64,000 nt of DNA, taken from Actinomycetes bacterium (GTDB lineage: Bacteria > Actinomycetota > Acidimicrobiia > Acidimicrobiales > JABEUL01). A program made the position numbers and the translations under genes. The stretch covers positions 434 to 64,433 of the forward strand of contig JAJYVQ010000002.1 in the NCBI GenBank assembly GCA_021791915.1, written 5' to 3'. Every line of letters begins with the position of its first letter. Position 1 is the stretch's first letter. A model generated the notes under the pieces. That model worked only from the letters and a program-made list of their open reading frames with translations, had not been told where the DNA came from and did not search any database. Shown here piece by piece: positions 9,991-19,775 of the stretch.

Positions 9991-11375
9991 CGGATGTTTA
10001 GCGCAGCATTCTCATCTCGATCTACCTCAACATGACAAGTATCACAAGTAAGTCTCTTTGCGAGCTTTGCACCTGTGAGTCTGCCTGCACAGTTGTGATG
10101 TATTTGCGACGAGGGGAAGAAACGATCCACAACGACTACCTTGACTCCGGCTCGTTCGGCCTTGTAGGTAAGCGTTGGTCGGAAGGCTCCGAGTCCAGCA
10201 TCAGATACCGAACGGCGGAATGCCCGTCTTCTTATGCTTCGCTTCATGGCAGCGATGTTAAGGTCTTCAATCTTAACTTCGCTGTAGTTATCCACTAGGT
10301 AACGAGTTAACTGGTGGATGCTTTCACGACGGACGTATACGGCTTTGCGGTCTAACTTGACAAGCTTGGCTTTCGCTTCTCTGTGACCGTGTGATCCTGG
10401 TATCCGTCGTGAAAGATTGCGCCCAACCCTGCGGCGCTCATTAATAGTAGCTCTAAGCGGAGTGGGGTTAGGGATGGTGGTCATGCCACCATTACTATCT
10501 GCGATAGTGGCAAGTGATCTTAGTCCTAGATCGACACCAGCGAGGGGGTCTTTCTTGGGCATGGTTGTAGATGGTGGAGCAAGTACACTTGTCTTGATTG
10601 CGAGTTGGCAAGAGACGAACAGCCTACCCCATCTCTCTGATAGAGTACAGTTGAGTAGACGGGCATTGCTCTTGGCAAGATGACGCTGTATTCTGCGCGT
10701 GTTCTCCTTAGATCGCAGTGCGCCTATGGTCGGGAGCACGATTGTTCTGTGATCGTCTTCAAAGCGCATAGTGCCAGTCGTAAAACGTACTCTGTTCTGG
10801 TCTTTTTTCTTGGACTTGAATTTCGGGAAGCCGACCTTTCTACCCTTTCGTTTGCCGTGTTTGGAGCTAGACCAGTTCGATAGCGCCTGTACCAGATCAG
10901 CTATACCAGAGGCATACGCCTCTTTGGAGTTATCACCCCACCAGAGTGCGACCTCGTTCTTCTCTTGGTTCCACTGTTTGCGGAGAGCCTCAAGAGTCCA
11001 CGGCGTAGATGGGTGGGTTGAGTCCTGCTTCTTTGCCTCCATGTCTGAGTTGACTTTGGCTAGTGCCCAGTTGTAGGCGACTCTTTTAGCACCGAAGTGA
11101 GACCGAACGAGAGAGGCTAACTGCGGGTCTTTTGGCCACCCTACCTCGAAGGAGGCACCCGTAATCGTCCATCCTGTTGGAACCTTCTCGCCTGTATCAT
11201 CACATACATAGAAGAGTACGCTGACTGACTCTATCTCATCTCGATATTGCTCGAAATCTCCTGTGAGCAATACTTTTTTTGTCGGTTTATCTTCGTCAAG
11301 AAGAACCTTACCTCCAGTGAGATCGGCCACTTGCTGAGCCTGTGCTTTTGTCCGCATTATCGCAATCATGAGCAC
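9765..11375 (-). CDS. tnpB: TnpB (IS200/IS605-IS607 OrfB, RuvC-like RNA-guided nuclease)
   Basis: RuvC triad contexts GVDLGLRSLA (D), VKIEDLNI (E) and VDRDENAALNI (D), plus a zinc-finger-like HHNC...CDTC. The ORF carries extra N- and C-terminal sequence. Confidence 0.85.
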   Translation of the reverse strand: MLMIAIMRTKAQAQQVADLTGGKVLLDEDKPTKKVLLTGDFEQYRDEIESVSVLFYVCDDTGEKVPTGWTITGASFEVGWPKDPQLASLVRSHFGAKRVAYNWALAKVNSDMEAKKQDSTHPSTPWTLEALRKQWNQEKNEVALWWGDNSKEAYASGIADLVQALSNWSSSKHGKRKGRKVGFPKFKSKKKDQNRVRFTTGTMRFEDDHRTIVLPTIGALRSKENTRRIQRHLAKSNARLLNCTLSERWGRLFVSCQLAIKTSVLAPPSTTMPKKDPLAGVDLGLRSLATIADSNGGMTTIPNPTPLRATINERRRVGRNLSRRIPGSHGHREAKAKLVKLDRKAVYVRRESIHQLTRYLVDNYSEVKIEDLNIAAMKRSIRRRAFRRSVSDAGLGAFRPTLTYKAERAGVKVVVVDRFFPSSQIHHNCAGRLTGAKLAKRLTCDTCHVEVDRDENAALNIRDWSVISCGPVGSTAPLVPRRFGTGGSSDDGLTHHLKRERKTGSNTGRTRRGKNDPRESENEARRKNLVKGASSE

Positions 11376-11932
11376 ACCGCATCAATAGCACGCTGAGCTT
11401 TGTTAAAAGCCGAACGGCGACCATAGAGACGAGCACACAAGGACGTGAGTAGCTCCGTAACATCGCGCACTAGATCATCGTCTACCTCGGCTGGGTCTAC
11501 CACAACTAACTTCCTGGACTGAGCCTCAAGTGCGGCTTCCATATACTCAGCTCCAAACCGACAGAATCGGTCTCTGTGCTCTACTAGAATCGTGTCTGCT
11601 GTTTGGTCTTTAAGTAGTGATAGAAACTTTCGCCTATGTCCGTTAAGTACCGAACCAACTTCTGTGACCACACGGTCTATTGAGTATCCATGCTCTGTAG
11701 CCCAAGTAAGGACTCTGGCAACCTGGCGGTCTAGGTCTGGCTTCTGATCAGCCGAAGAAACTCGTGCATATATGACCGCAGACTTGGATAAGTGCGGTTG
11801 AGATTCTAGGTCTCCCACCAATATGAGTTGACCTACTTTGCGTGCGGGAACAGGCAGAGTACCGGCACGATACCACTTACATGCCGTTTGAGGATGTATG
11901 CCTTGGGACAGTGCCCACTCACGCAAGTTCAT
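11366..11932 (-). CDS. tnpA: IS607-type serine recombinase transposase TnpA
   Basis: MerR-like HTH N-terminus (LREWALSQGIHPQTACKWYRAG) and resolvase catalytic motif YARVSSADQ. It overlaps the tnpB start by 10 nt. Confidence 0.9.
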   Translation of the reverse strand: MNLREWALSQGIHPQTACKWYRAGTLPVPARKVGQLILVGDLESQPHLSKSAVIYARVSSADQKPDLDRQVARVLTWATEHGYSIDRVVTEVGSVLNGHRRKFLSLLKDQTADTILVEHRDRFCRFGAEYMEAALEAQSRKLVVVDPAEVDDDLVRDVTELLTSLCARLYGRRSAFNKAQRAIDAVCS

Positions 11933-12039
11933 TATATATAGTTATAGCACATCACTGTGTCAACTGTTGCAACCCAATATTTCCGATAGTTCGGAATTCT
12001 TATAAATTATTTTGAACTGCCTTTCAATTGCTAATTTCT

Positions 12040-12561
12040 TCAATCTAAAACTACCACTACAGCAATCGCACTTTTTTTTGAGTGACTCATTGATATTTCA
12101 AACCTCTCAAAAGATACTCTACTACTTTGTTCTGTTGTTTGACTATCCAGTTTTTCCTTTTCTAAGGAATTCTGTTCGGTAGCACCTATTTCTATTGCGA
12201 CTTTTTCTTTACTGCTTGGCTCCCTGTTAGTTGGCTCCCTGTTAGTTGGCTCCCTGTTAGTTTGTTTTAAGCTTTCAATGATAAAACTATTCTTGTGGTT
12301 TAAAATTTCAATTCTTGGTTTACCATTAATATTGTTCGTAATTTGAATAAATCTAAAAGGCATTTTAAACATTCCACAACCAACTGCTTTAATTAAAGCC
12401 TCTTTAGCAGCGAATCTCACCGCAAAGTGTTTTGTCGGCGATTTGGATTTATTGCAGTAGGAAATTTCTGCTTCTGTGAAAAGTTTGTTTATAATATTCG
12501 GACGCCGCTTAATCAGATCATCAAACCTATCCAATTCAACTATATCGACACCTAGTAGCAT
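12040..12561 (-). CDS. acpS: holo-[acyl-carrier-protein] synthase with a repeat insertion
   Basis: GVDIVELDRF and RFAAKEALIKA motifs. At 173 aa it is larger than the usual ~120-130 aa. Confidence 0.85.
   Translation of the reverse strand: MLLGVDIVELDRFDDLIKRRPNIINKLFTEAEISYCNKSKSPTKHFAVRFAAKEALIKAVGCGMFKMPFRFIQITNNINGKPRIEILNHKNSFIIESLKQTNREPTNREPTNREPSSKEKVAIEIGATEQNSLEKEKLDSQTTEQSSRVSFERFEISMSHSKKSAIAVVVVLD
12216..12260. repeat. in-frame tandem repeat, 15-bp unit x3 (ttggctccctgttag)
   Basis: Direct reading of the sequence. It encodes TNREP x3 inside AcpS. Confidence 0.9.
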
Positions 12562-12618
12562 TTAATCTCCGATCTAAGATCCAATTTAATTAAAAGAACC
12601 AATCTGGCTTACTGACGA

Positions 12619-14484
12619 TCATTCAACGGTAACTGTCTTTGCTAAGTTTCTTGGTCTATCTACGTCGTTTCCAGCAAGTTTGGCCAACTCATAGGCCAAA
12701 AACTGAAGCGGAATGATGTCCACTATAGGACTGAATAATTCAAAGGTATCAGGAACATAAAAAATATTTTCAAAGTGTTTACCAATCTCTTCGTCACTAT
12801 CACTTGCTACCACAAATACGTTTGCTCCGCGTGACCTGACCTCTTCTAAGTTAGACAAAACTTTGTCATACAGCTTATTTTTAGTTGCAACACCTACAAC
12901 CGTTGACTGATCATCTAATACGGCGATCGGACCGTGTTTGAGCTCGCCAGCTGCATAACCTTCGGCATGAAGATAAGATATTTCTTTTAGCTTAAGAGCA
13001 GCTTCAAGCGAAGTCGGATATCCCATATTCCTTCCTATGAAAAAAAAGTCCTTAGCTCCACTAAGTTTTTGTGCTAGCTGATTGTAATCTTCTCTCCGCT
13101 TTAAAGCCATGTCGATCTTGTCTGAACAGGATAAAAGCTCTCTAAAATAGTTTTCCGCTTCGGATTTAAATAAGGTGCCCCTAAATTTTCCAAGTGAAAT
13201 AGCAAACCCCAAAAGTACCGCAAGTTGACCAATGTAAGTTTTTGTTGCCGCAACCCCAATCTCTGGGCCCGCTCTGGTAAACATCACCGCATCTACGTTA
13301 TTTGTTAAAGCTGACCCAACTACATTAGAGACGCTTATAATCTTAGCTCTAGATTTTCTGGCAAAATTTAACGCCGCAAGCGTATCAATTGTTTCTCCCG
13401 ATTGACTTATACCTATAACAAGCGTAGATCCGTCTAAAATCGGATCTCTGTATCTGAATTCACTAGCGATATCCAACTCAACGGGTATTCTGACCCAGTG
13501 TTCAATAGCATATTTGGCTACCATGGCTGAATGAAACGAAGTTCCGCAACCCACTAAAAATACTTTTTGTATATCCATCAAGCGATTCGGGTCAAAATGA
13601 ATCTCGTCAAAAAAGAGTTCAAGCTTGTTTATATCCCGATCTGCTAAGGTGTTCTTAAATGCCACAGGTTGTTCATACATTTCTTTTAACATAAAAGATT
13701 CGTGACCAAGTTTTTGGGCGTCTGCATATGACCACGTGACTTCCGTAGTTTTGAAATCTATTTCATTTAAATCTATATCATACAGCCGTAGATTATCTTG
13801 AGTTATTAGTGCGATTTGATTGTCTTTAAGGTATAAAAATTTGTCTGCCTTCTCCAAAATTGCCGCCACGTCTGAAGATATATAATTTCCCGAATTTCCC
13901 AAACCCACCACTATCGGCGACATGTTTTTAGCCACCACTATCTGACCCGGGAAATCAGAAGAAACTGCAGCAATACCGTAAGTTCCTTTAAGTAAATTGA
14001 GTGACTTTCTGACTGCTCTGACAAAATTAAGTGGATCGTCTTGGTTGCTTTGCTTTTCAACTAGAAGATTGTCTTCAATCAAATGTGCGACTACTTCAGA
14101 ATCAGTGTTGGACTTTATATTGTGACCTTTTTTTTCCAGATGTAAAAGAATCTGACGGTAGTTTTCTATAATTCCGTTGTGAACAATTCCGATGCTATCG
14201 GTGCAATCTGCATGAGGATGAGCGTTAACATCATTTGGAACCCCATGCGTTGCCCATCTAGTATGAGCCAATCCTACTGTTGCCAACGAAGAATTAAGTT
14301 CTGCTATTTTAGAAAGCTTTTCGATTGATTTGTTTAAATGTGCATACTTATAAAACTTTAGTACTTCCGATTCAATCAATACCACCCCAGCAGAATCGTA
14401 CCCCCTGTACTCAAGTCTTTTCAATCCTTCCAACAAAGTCTCGCTGACAGATTCTACCGTAACGGCACCAATTATTCCGCACAT
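12619..14484 (-). CDS. glmS: glutamine--fructose-6-phosphate aminotransferase
   Basis: MCGIIG N-terminal nucleophile, SIS domains and C-terminal LAKTVTVE. Confidence 0.97.
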   Translation of the reverse strand: MCGIIGAVTVESVSETLLEGLKRLEYRGYDSAGVVLIESEVLKFYKYAHLNKSIEKLSKIAELNSSLATVGLAHTRWATHGVPNDVNAHPHADCTDSIGIVHNGIIENYRQILLHLEKKGHNIKSNTDSEVVAHLIEDNLLVEKQSNQDDPLNFVRAVRKSLNLLKGTYGIAAVSSDFPGQIVVAKNMSPIVVGLGNSGNYISSDVAAILEKADKFLYLKDNQIALITQDNLRLYDIDLNEIDFKTTEVTWSYADAQKLGHESFMLKEMYEQPVAFKNTLADRDINKLELFFDEIHFDPNRLMDIQKVFLVGCGTSFHSAMVAKYAIEHWVRIPVELDIASEFRYRDPILDGSTLVIGISQSGETIDTLAALNFARKSRAKIISVSNVVGSALTNNVDAVMFTRAGPEIGVAATKTYIGQLAVLLGFAISLGKFRGTLFKSEAENYFRELLSCSDKIDMALKRREDYNQLAQKLSGAKDFFFIGRNMGYPTSLEAALKLKEISYLHAEGYAAGELKHGPIAVLDDQSTVVGVATKNKLYDKVLSNLEEVRSRGANVFVVASDSDEEIGKHFENIFYVPDTFELFSPIVDIIPLQFLAYELAKLAGNDVDRPRNLAKTVTVE

Positions 14485-14489
14485 TTAAC

Positions 14490-15962
14490 TCAGCAGATAT
14501 CTTCTGCAATTAATTTAACTTTAGATAACAGCGAATTTAAATATTCGTCCACTAATGTTTCTGATTTTGCTTCTACCATAACTCTAATCAGTTTTTCAGT
14601 TCCCGAAGCCCTCAGAACGGCCCTGAATTCTTTCCCCTCTTTAGACTCAATCATTTTAATTTGCTCCAGCAATCTACCATCTTCTAAGATTTTATCTCTG
14701 TTGGCATACTGTTGTTCATTTAATTCAATATTTGCAAGCTTCTGGGGAAACGAGGTCATAACCGTACTAAAAAGTTCAGATACTTTCAAACCTGAATCTA
14801 AAATCAAACTAATCAGCATAATCGCATTAAGCAGACCGTCACCTGTTGGTGACAAATCTCTTCTTATAATATGACCTGACTGCTCTCCGCCCAATACATA
14901 GTTTCGATCCAGCATCGCCATAAGCACATTTTTATCACCCACGTCAGTTCTTACAACATCAATTTCTAGTTCTTTCATCGCAAGCTCAAATCCCAAATTA
15001 GTCATAGAAGTAACGACTACTCCATTATTTGTAAGCAAACCTTTGTCTTTTAGGTATTTGGCATAAAAGGCTATAATAAAATCTCCATCTATTATTTTTC
15101 CAGTCTCGTCTACGATTACAATGCGGTCACCATCACCGTCAAAAGCGAGTCCCAAATCACTGTGCGTATCAACTACTACCTTTACCAAACTGTCAGGGTT
15201 AGCCGCACCACAGTTTTCATTTATTGAATAACCGTTCTGTTCGGTGAAGATCGGGAGTACATTTAACCCTAGCTTTCTAAAAACTTTCTCCGCAAAAAGT
15301 GAAGTCGCACCGTTAGCGCAGTCCACAACCAATTTAAACTCTAAGTTCTTAGTATCCCATGAATTTTGTTTTTTGGCATTTGTTCTTTGGTTATTTGCTC
15401 TTTGGTTATTGACTTTCGATTCATTGGTTGCTGTTTTATTGGTTGCTGTTTTATTGGTTGCTGTTTTATTGGTTGCTGAAAAATCAGAAAAAAAGGAGTT
15501 CAAGATTAACTGCTCCCAAAGTTTGATTTGATCAGTTCCATTTTCAAATTGACCAACTTTAGATGTGAGTCTAAATTCTTCGGTACTGTTTATTAAGAAC
15601 TCTATTTGACTTTCGATATCTGCGCTAATCTTATGTCCAGATGAGTCAAATACTTTAAAACCGTTATCGTAGTAAGGATTGTGGGAAGCAGATATTACGA
15701 CTGCTGGCAGCTCCAATCTATGAGCCAAATAAGCAACCCCCGGCGTGGGTATTACTTTTAAATCAATTACGCGGGACCCCATCGAACTAAGTCCAGCTGC
15801 GATTGCTGAAAAAAACATGTCAGAACTGACCCTGTTGTCTCTGCCCACCAATACTGGTGATTCGTTAAAGACTGAGGAAACCGCTCTACCGAATCTGAGT
15901 GCAATTTCACACGTCAGCTCTGTATTAGCCCTTCCGCGAATTCCGTCTGTTCCGAACCGCAC
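14490..15962 (-). CDS. glmM: phosphoglucosamine mutase with a repeat insertion
   Basis: FGTDGIRG and SASHNPYYDNG (phosphoserine loop) motifs. Synteny glmS-glmM-rpsI. Confidence 0.93.
   Translation of the reverse strand: MRFGTDGIRGRANTELTCEIALRFGRAVSSVFNESPVLVGRDNRVSSDMFFSAIAAGLSSMGSRVIDLKVIPTPGVAYLAHRLELPAVVISASHNPYYDNGFKVFDSSGHKISADIESQIEFLINSTEEFRLTSKVGQFENGTDQIKLWEQLILNSFFSDFSATNKTATNKTATNKTATNESKVNNQRANNQRTNAKKQNSWDTKNLEFKLVVDCANGATSLFAEKVFRKLGLNVLPIFTEQNGYSINENCGAANPDSLVKVVVDTHSDLGLAFDGDGDRIVIVDETGKIIDGDFIIAFYAKYLKDKGLLTNNGVVVTSMTNLGFELAMKELEIDVVRTDVGDKNVLMAMLDRNYVLGGEQSGHIIRRDLSPTGDGLLNAIMLISLILDSGLKVSELFSTVMTSFPQKLANIELNEQQYANRDKILEDGRLLEQIKMIESKEGKEFRAVLRASGTEKLIRVMVEAKSETLVDEYLNSLLSKVKLIAEDIC
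15391..15478. repeat. in-frame tandem repeats, two adjacent 15-bp families (about x2 and about x3.7)
   Basis: attggttgctgtttt x3.7 encodes TATNK repeats. The adjacent tttggttatttgctc-like unit x2 encodes NNQR repeats. Confidence 0.9.
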
Positions 15963-15973
15963 CTGAAATAAAT

Positions 15974-16366
15974 TTATCTCTTTGAATACTGCGGTGCTTT
16001 TCGAGATTTTTTAAGTCCATATTTTTTAGACTCTTTTTCTCTAGAATCTCTTGTTAAAAACCCACCCTTTTTCAGTTCCTGCCTTTTTTCTGGATACATT
16101 TCTATAATTGCGCGTGCTATACCCAATCGAATAGCACCTGCCTGTCCTGAGCTGCCTCCACCATCAATGTTTGCGACGACATCAAAGGAGTCGGACAGAT
16201 TGGCGACTTTCAACGGTTCTAAAATTAAAGCTTGGTGTACTCTAGAAGTAAAATACTCTTTTAAGTCTCGTCCATTAACTTTATGGTTTCCCGAACCGTT
16301 TAACAATCTAACTCGTGCGACTGCTGATTTTCTTCTTCCTGTTGATTGTACAAGGGTTTCTGGCAT
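15974..16366 (-). CDS. rpsI: 30S ribosomal protein S9
   Basis: [18 protein letters not shown] motif and a C-terminal ...KAPQYSKR. Confidence 0.95.
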   Translation of the reverse strand: MPETLVQSTGRRKSAVARVRLLNGSGNHKVNGRDLKEYFTSRVHQALILEPLKVANLSDSFDVVANIDGGGSSGQAGAIRLGIARAIIEMYPEKRQELKKGGFLTRDSREKESKKYGLKKSRKAPQYSKR

Positions 16367-16405
16367 TTTATTTCCTTTTAATTGACTACTATATTTAGGT
16401 TGTTG

Positions 16406-16468
16406 GTTTAAGTCCTATGTTTAAATCCTATGTTTAAATCCTATGTTTAAATCCTATGTTTAAGTCCT
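16406..16468. repeat. intergenic tandem repeat, 13-bp unit x about 4.8 (gtttaaatcctat)
   Basis: Direct reading of the rplM-rpsI spacer. Confidence 0.9.
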
Positions 16469-16613
16469 TGAGATTAGAACTTCCCTCAATAAATTAACTA
16501 CCATTTACATGTTAGATAATACTGTTTTTGCATAAGTTGCTCAGCTCTATTTATTTAAATTAAAACTTATCTAAAATAACTTCTCTGCGATATGAATTTA
16601 GTATACATACTTT

Positions 16614-17048
16614 CTAGCTTTTTATTTCAAGTTGAATCGGTTTTTGCGCCTGATGTGTATGCTCACTACCGACATGCACATGCAGTTTATTTATCATCTG
16701 CTTGCCCAATTTCGTCTTTGGCAACATTCCACCTACCGTTTTTTTTACTAGCTTTTCAGGATCGTCTCTTAAGAGCTCTCCAAAACTTATCTTTTTTAGT
16801 CCCCCTGGATAACCGCTATGCCGATAAGCAAATTCCAAGTCGGCTTTGTTCGCCGTTAGCTTGACCGCTTCTGCGTTAACTATAACGACATGATCTCCAG
16901 TATCTGCGTTCGGCGTATAGATAGGTTTGTGTTTACCCATTAAAAGTTGGGCAACTTGTGATGCCAAACGCCCTAAGGGCACATCTTTGGCATCTATTAA
17001 ATACCACTCATGGGTTATTTCTTTTGCTTTAGGAGTGTATGTTACCAA
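16614..17048 (-). CDS. rplM: 50S ribosomal protein L13
   Basis: WYLIDAKDVPLGRLAS N-terminal signature. It is paired with rpsI. Confidence 0.95.
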   Translation of the reverse strand: MVTYTPKAKEITHEWYLIDAKDVPLGRLASQVAQLLMGKHKPIYTPNADTGDHVVIVNAEAVKLTANKADLEFAYRHSGYPGGLKKISFGELLRDDPEKLVKKTVGGMLPKTKLGKQMINKLHVHVGSEHTHQAQKPIQLEIKS

Positions 17049-17276
17049 TTTAACTACCTGCTTTTTTTATTAAAGATTAAACTAATTTACCGGTAAACTT
17101 TCAAAGGCAATATTTATAGCTAATATTCCTAAACAATTCCGCCGATAAATTTTATAAATTACAACTTTAAATTAACTTTACAATAACTATTTCTTTTATT
17201 TACTGTTTTTCTACAGCAATATCCAACAGCATTATCATCTGGTTTAGATTACAGCAAACCGTTAAACATTTACAGG

Positions 17277-18071
17277 TCAGAATAATTCTACCTTGTGATC
17301 CGTTTTAAACAGCTCCTCTTGATATTCTACATGAACCAGATGAAGTCCGTGGGGGGGAGCAATAAAAGTCAAATCAGTTCTGCTTTTACCCTTTAATATT
17401 CTATCAAGTTCTGATGCGGGGCGTTTACCGGTTCCAATTTCAAGTAATAATCCCACAATTGAACGCACCATTTGGTGACAGAAAGCGTTAGCATTGATCT
17501 CAAATACATCGTATGAAAGCGAGCTTTTTTTCATGGCCGCAAAGTTAACTCGTCGAACATTTGACTTTTGGAGTTTGGAGGATTTACAAAATGCGCTGAA
17601 ATCATTTTCGCCACTTAAATAGCTACAGGCTAAATTCATTTCGTCTAAATCTAATTTTTGTGGTACGGGATAGGCATATCTCAAGATCATCGGATGGTAG
17701 AACTCTTCTTGGATAATAAAATAGTTATATGTTCTGGACTTGGCAGAAAACCTGGCATGGAACGAGTCACTGACTTCAGTTGCCTCTAAGACTCCAATTG
17801 AGTCATCCAGCATCTTATTTAATGATTTTAACAGTCTTGACTTATCAAAAAACTTTTTCAACAAGCTCTCGTCAACGTCAAAATGAACTACCTGAAACTC
17901 CGCATGAACACCAGCATCGGTTCGGCCAGCACAAACAACATACACCTCTTGGTTAAATATTTTTGACAAACACGAGTTGATCTCGCCAGCAACGGTTTTT
18001 TGATTGACCTGGTTCGCAAAGCCATGATAGTCTGTTCCGTCATATGATAGAAGTAAGGCAATTCGCTTCAT
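17277..18071 (-). CDS. truA: tRNA pseudouridine(38-40) synthase
   Basis: GRTDAGVHA catalytic motif. Position is downstream of rplQ. Confidence 0.92.
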   Translation of the reverse strand: MKRIALLLSYDGTDYHGFANQVNQKTVAGEINSCLSKIFNQEVYVVCAGRTDAGVHAEFQVVHFDVDESLLKKFFDKSRLLKSLNKMLDDSIGVLEATEVSDSFHARFSAKSRTYNYFIIQEEFYHPMILRYAYPVPQKLDLDEMNLACSYLSGENDFSAFCKSSKLQKSNVRRVNFAAMKKSSLSYDVFEINANAFCHQMVRSIVGLLLEIGTGKRPASELDRILKGKSRTDLTFIAPPHGLHLVHVEYQEELFKTDHKVELF

Positions 18072-18295
18072 CTGTCACCTCGCTTAGTGACACTAAATTT
18101 TTAACACCCGATAATTTTTAATTTCGGTAAACTTTTATGTCGGATAAAATTGTAAATTCTCGCTCATTTTAAATGAGACTGTAATGATTTAATGACACTA
18201 TTCAATGACAGTGTAGTTATTAAATGAGACCTGTAGCCTTTAAGACCAAAGGTTTAATCTTAGTTGCTACAACTTTTAAAATTGCACAGCTAAAA

Positions 18296-18649
18296 TCAAA
18301 CAAACTCAATTTTGGCCATCGGAGCATTGTCACCTTGTCGCTGGCCTAGCTTTAGAATTCTGGTATAACCGCCGTTTCTATCAGCATAGCGGGGTCCAAG
18401 CTCCTCAAACAGCTTATGTGCCATGTCCTTATCTCTGATTAAAGCTACCACTTGTCGGTGCTGATGAACACCGCCGATTTTTGCCTTTGTAACAACCTTT
18501 TCTACGACGGGTCTTAAAGCTTTAGCCTTTGCTTCCGTAGTTACAATTCCTTCAGCCGCAATCAAGGAGGCCACTAAGTTACCCATCATTGCTTTTGAGT
18601 GTTCAGCATCCCCACCAAATCTTCTGCCTTTTTTAGGCGTACCTCTCAT
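18296..18649 (-). CDS. rplQ: 50S ribosomal protein L17
   Basis: The start is reassigned to the internal Met ([13 protein letters not shown]...). The longer ORF would overlap the rpoA 3' end. Confidence 0.93.
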   Translation of the reverse strand: MRGTPKKGRRFGGDAEHSKAMMGNLVASLIAAEGIVTTEAKAKALRPVVEKVVTKAKIGGVHQHRQVVALIRDKDMAHKLFEELGPRYADRNGGYTRILKLGQRQGDNAPMAKIEFV

Positions 18650-18662
18650 AATAAACTTCCTT

Positions 18663-19607
18663 TTAAGCTCCCTGGTGTCCTCGTAATGCGAGCCCACGTT
18701 CATCTAACTTAGCAATTACTTCGTCCAAAGATTTCTGCCCAAAGTTGGTAAATGCCAACAGCTCTTCTTCGCTATGCTGTATAAGTTCTCCTATGGTAGC
18801 GATCTGAGCTCTCTTTAGACAGTTCATGGGACGTTCTGACAGTTCCAAATCCTCAATTAACAGCTCTAAGTCAGGTGAACCAACAACGGTAGTGGAGATC
18901 TCCCCCAGCTGCAATCCAATCGGATCTTCACTCATGGTAGCTACCAGTTCCATCAAAGTTTTAAGGGTCTCACCAGCTGATGCCAAGGCTTCCGCTGGAC
19001 TTAAAGATCCGTCTGTTTCAATGTCTAAAATAAGCTTTTCAAAATCGGTAGACTGTTCCACACGGGTTGGTTCAACATCAATTGATACTCTTCTAACTGG
19101 CGAAAAAATTGCGTCTATTGGAATCACACCAATTGTATTGGATCTAAGAGCTCTTTCGGATGACAGATAGCCACGACCTTGTTCAATAGTAAGATCGACT
19201 GCAAGCCGACCCTTTGAGTTAACCGAAGCAATATGTAGGTCCTTATTTATTATTTCAACTTCTGAGGTTACATGAATATCTTCGGCAGTAACGTCTTTTG
19301 ACCCTCTTATGTCAATTCTGGCAATTACAGGTTCAACTGAATAACTCTTTAATATAAGATCTTTTATATTTAATATGATCTCAGTGACATCTTCTTTTAC
19401 GTCTGGAATAGTAGAAAATTCATGCAAGGCATCGTCAAATCTTAATGTAGTAACAGCAGCTCCCGGAATAGACGACAATAACGTTCTTCTTAATGAATTT
19501 CCAATTGTGTGCCCAAACCCGGGTTCAAGCGGGGACATTACAAACTTTTGCCTATTGGCAACTTCATCCCCCATGGGCTGAATTGTAGGTCTCTGAATAA
19601 TTAGCAT
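18663..19607 (-). CDS. rpoA: DNA-directed RNA polymerase subunit alpha
   Basis: N-terminal domain [10 protein letters not shown] and a C-terminal domain with [14 protein letters not shown]. Confidence 0.96.
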   Translation of the reverse strand: MLIIQRPTIQPMGDEVANRQKFVMSPLEPGFGHTIGNSLRRTLLSSIPGAAVTTLRFDDALHEFSTIPDVKEDVTEIILNIKDLILKSYSVEPVIARIDIRGSKDVTAEDIHVTSEVEIINKDLHIASVNSKGRLAVDLTIEQGRGYLSSERALRSNTIGVIPIDAIFSPVRRVSIDVEPTRVEQSTDFEKLILDIETDGSLSPAEALASAGETLKTLMELVATMSEDPIGLQLGEISTTVVGSPDLELLIEDLELSERPMNCLKRAQIATIGELIQHSEEELLAFTNFGQKSLDEVIAKLDERGLALRGHQGA

Positions 19608-19646
19608 ATCTTTATATTCTCCTTAAACTTTATAAGTATTCAAAAT

Positions 19647-19674
19647 GTAAGTTTCTAATAGGTAAGTTTCTATA
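19647..19674. repeat. intergenic tandem repeat, 15-bp period x2 (gtaagtttcta core)
   Basis: Direct reading of the rpsD-rpoA spacer. Confidence 0.7.
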
Positions 19675-19775
19675 TTTAGCAATTAATACATAAGTATATA
19701 AATTCGGGGTGTTAATAACGGTTTTGCTTTTAAATAAAAAATTTCGATAACCTTGCATAAAAAACTTAACAAAAA

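Larger units (their letters stand above)
9745..11970 (-). mobile_element. IS607-family insertion sequence (tnpA serine recombinase + tnpB)
   Basis: Two overlapping ORFs with IS607 architecture. There is an abrupt shift to visibly higher GC than both flanks, and no obvious terminal inverted repeats, as expected for this family. The boundaries are approximate. Confidence 0.8.

Noticed and set aside
9776-11076. Several 66-101-aa plus-strand ORFs inside the IS element (9776-9976, 10032-10298, 10417-10683, 10680-10883, 10771-11076)
   Set aside because: They are antisense to tnpB. GC-rich DNA has few stop codons and so produces spurious long ORFs. No recognisable motifs are present.
15244-15531. 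Plus-strand ORF with a VAVLL repeat
   Set aside because: It is the antisense reading of the in-frame GlmM 15-bp repeat, so it is a repeat artefact.
18650-18703. N-terminal extensions of the track ORFs for rplQ (to 18703), rplP (to 31240) and nusG (to 53329), each overlapping the upstream gene
   Set aside because: The conserved N-termini of L17, L16 and NusG begin at internal Met codons just after the upstream stop codons. The extensions are read-through of the preceding gene's 3' end in another frame.
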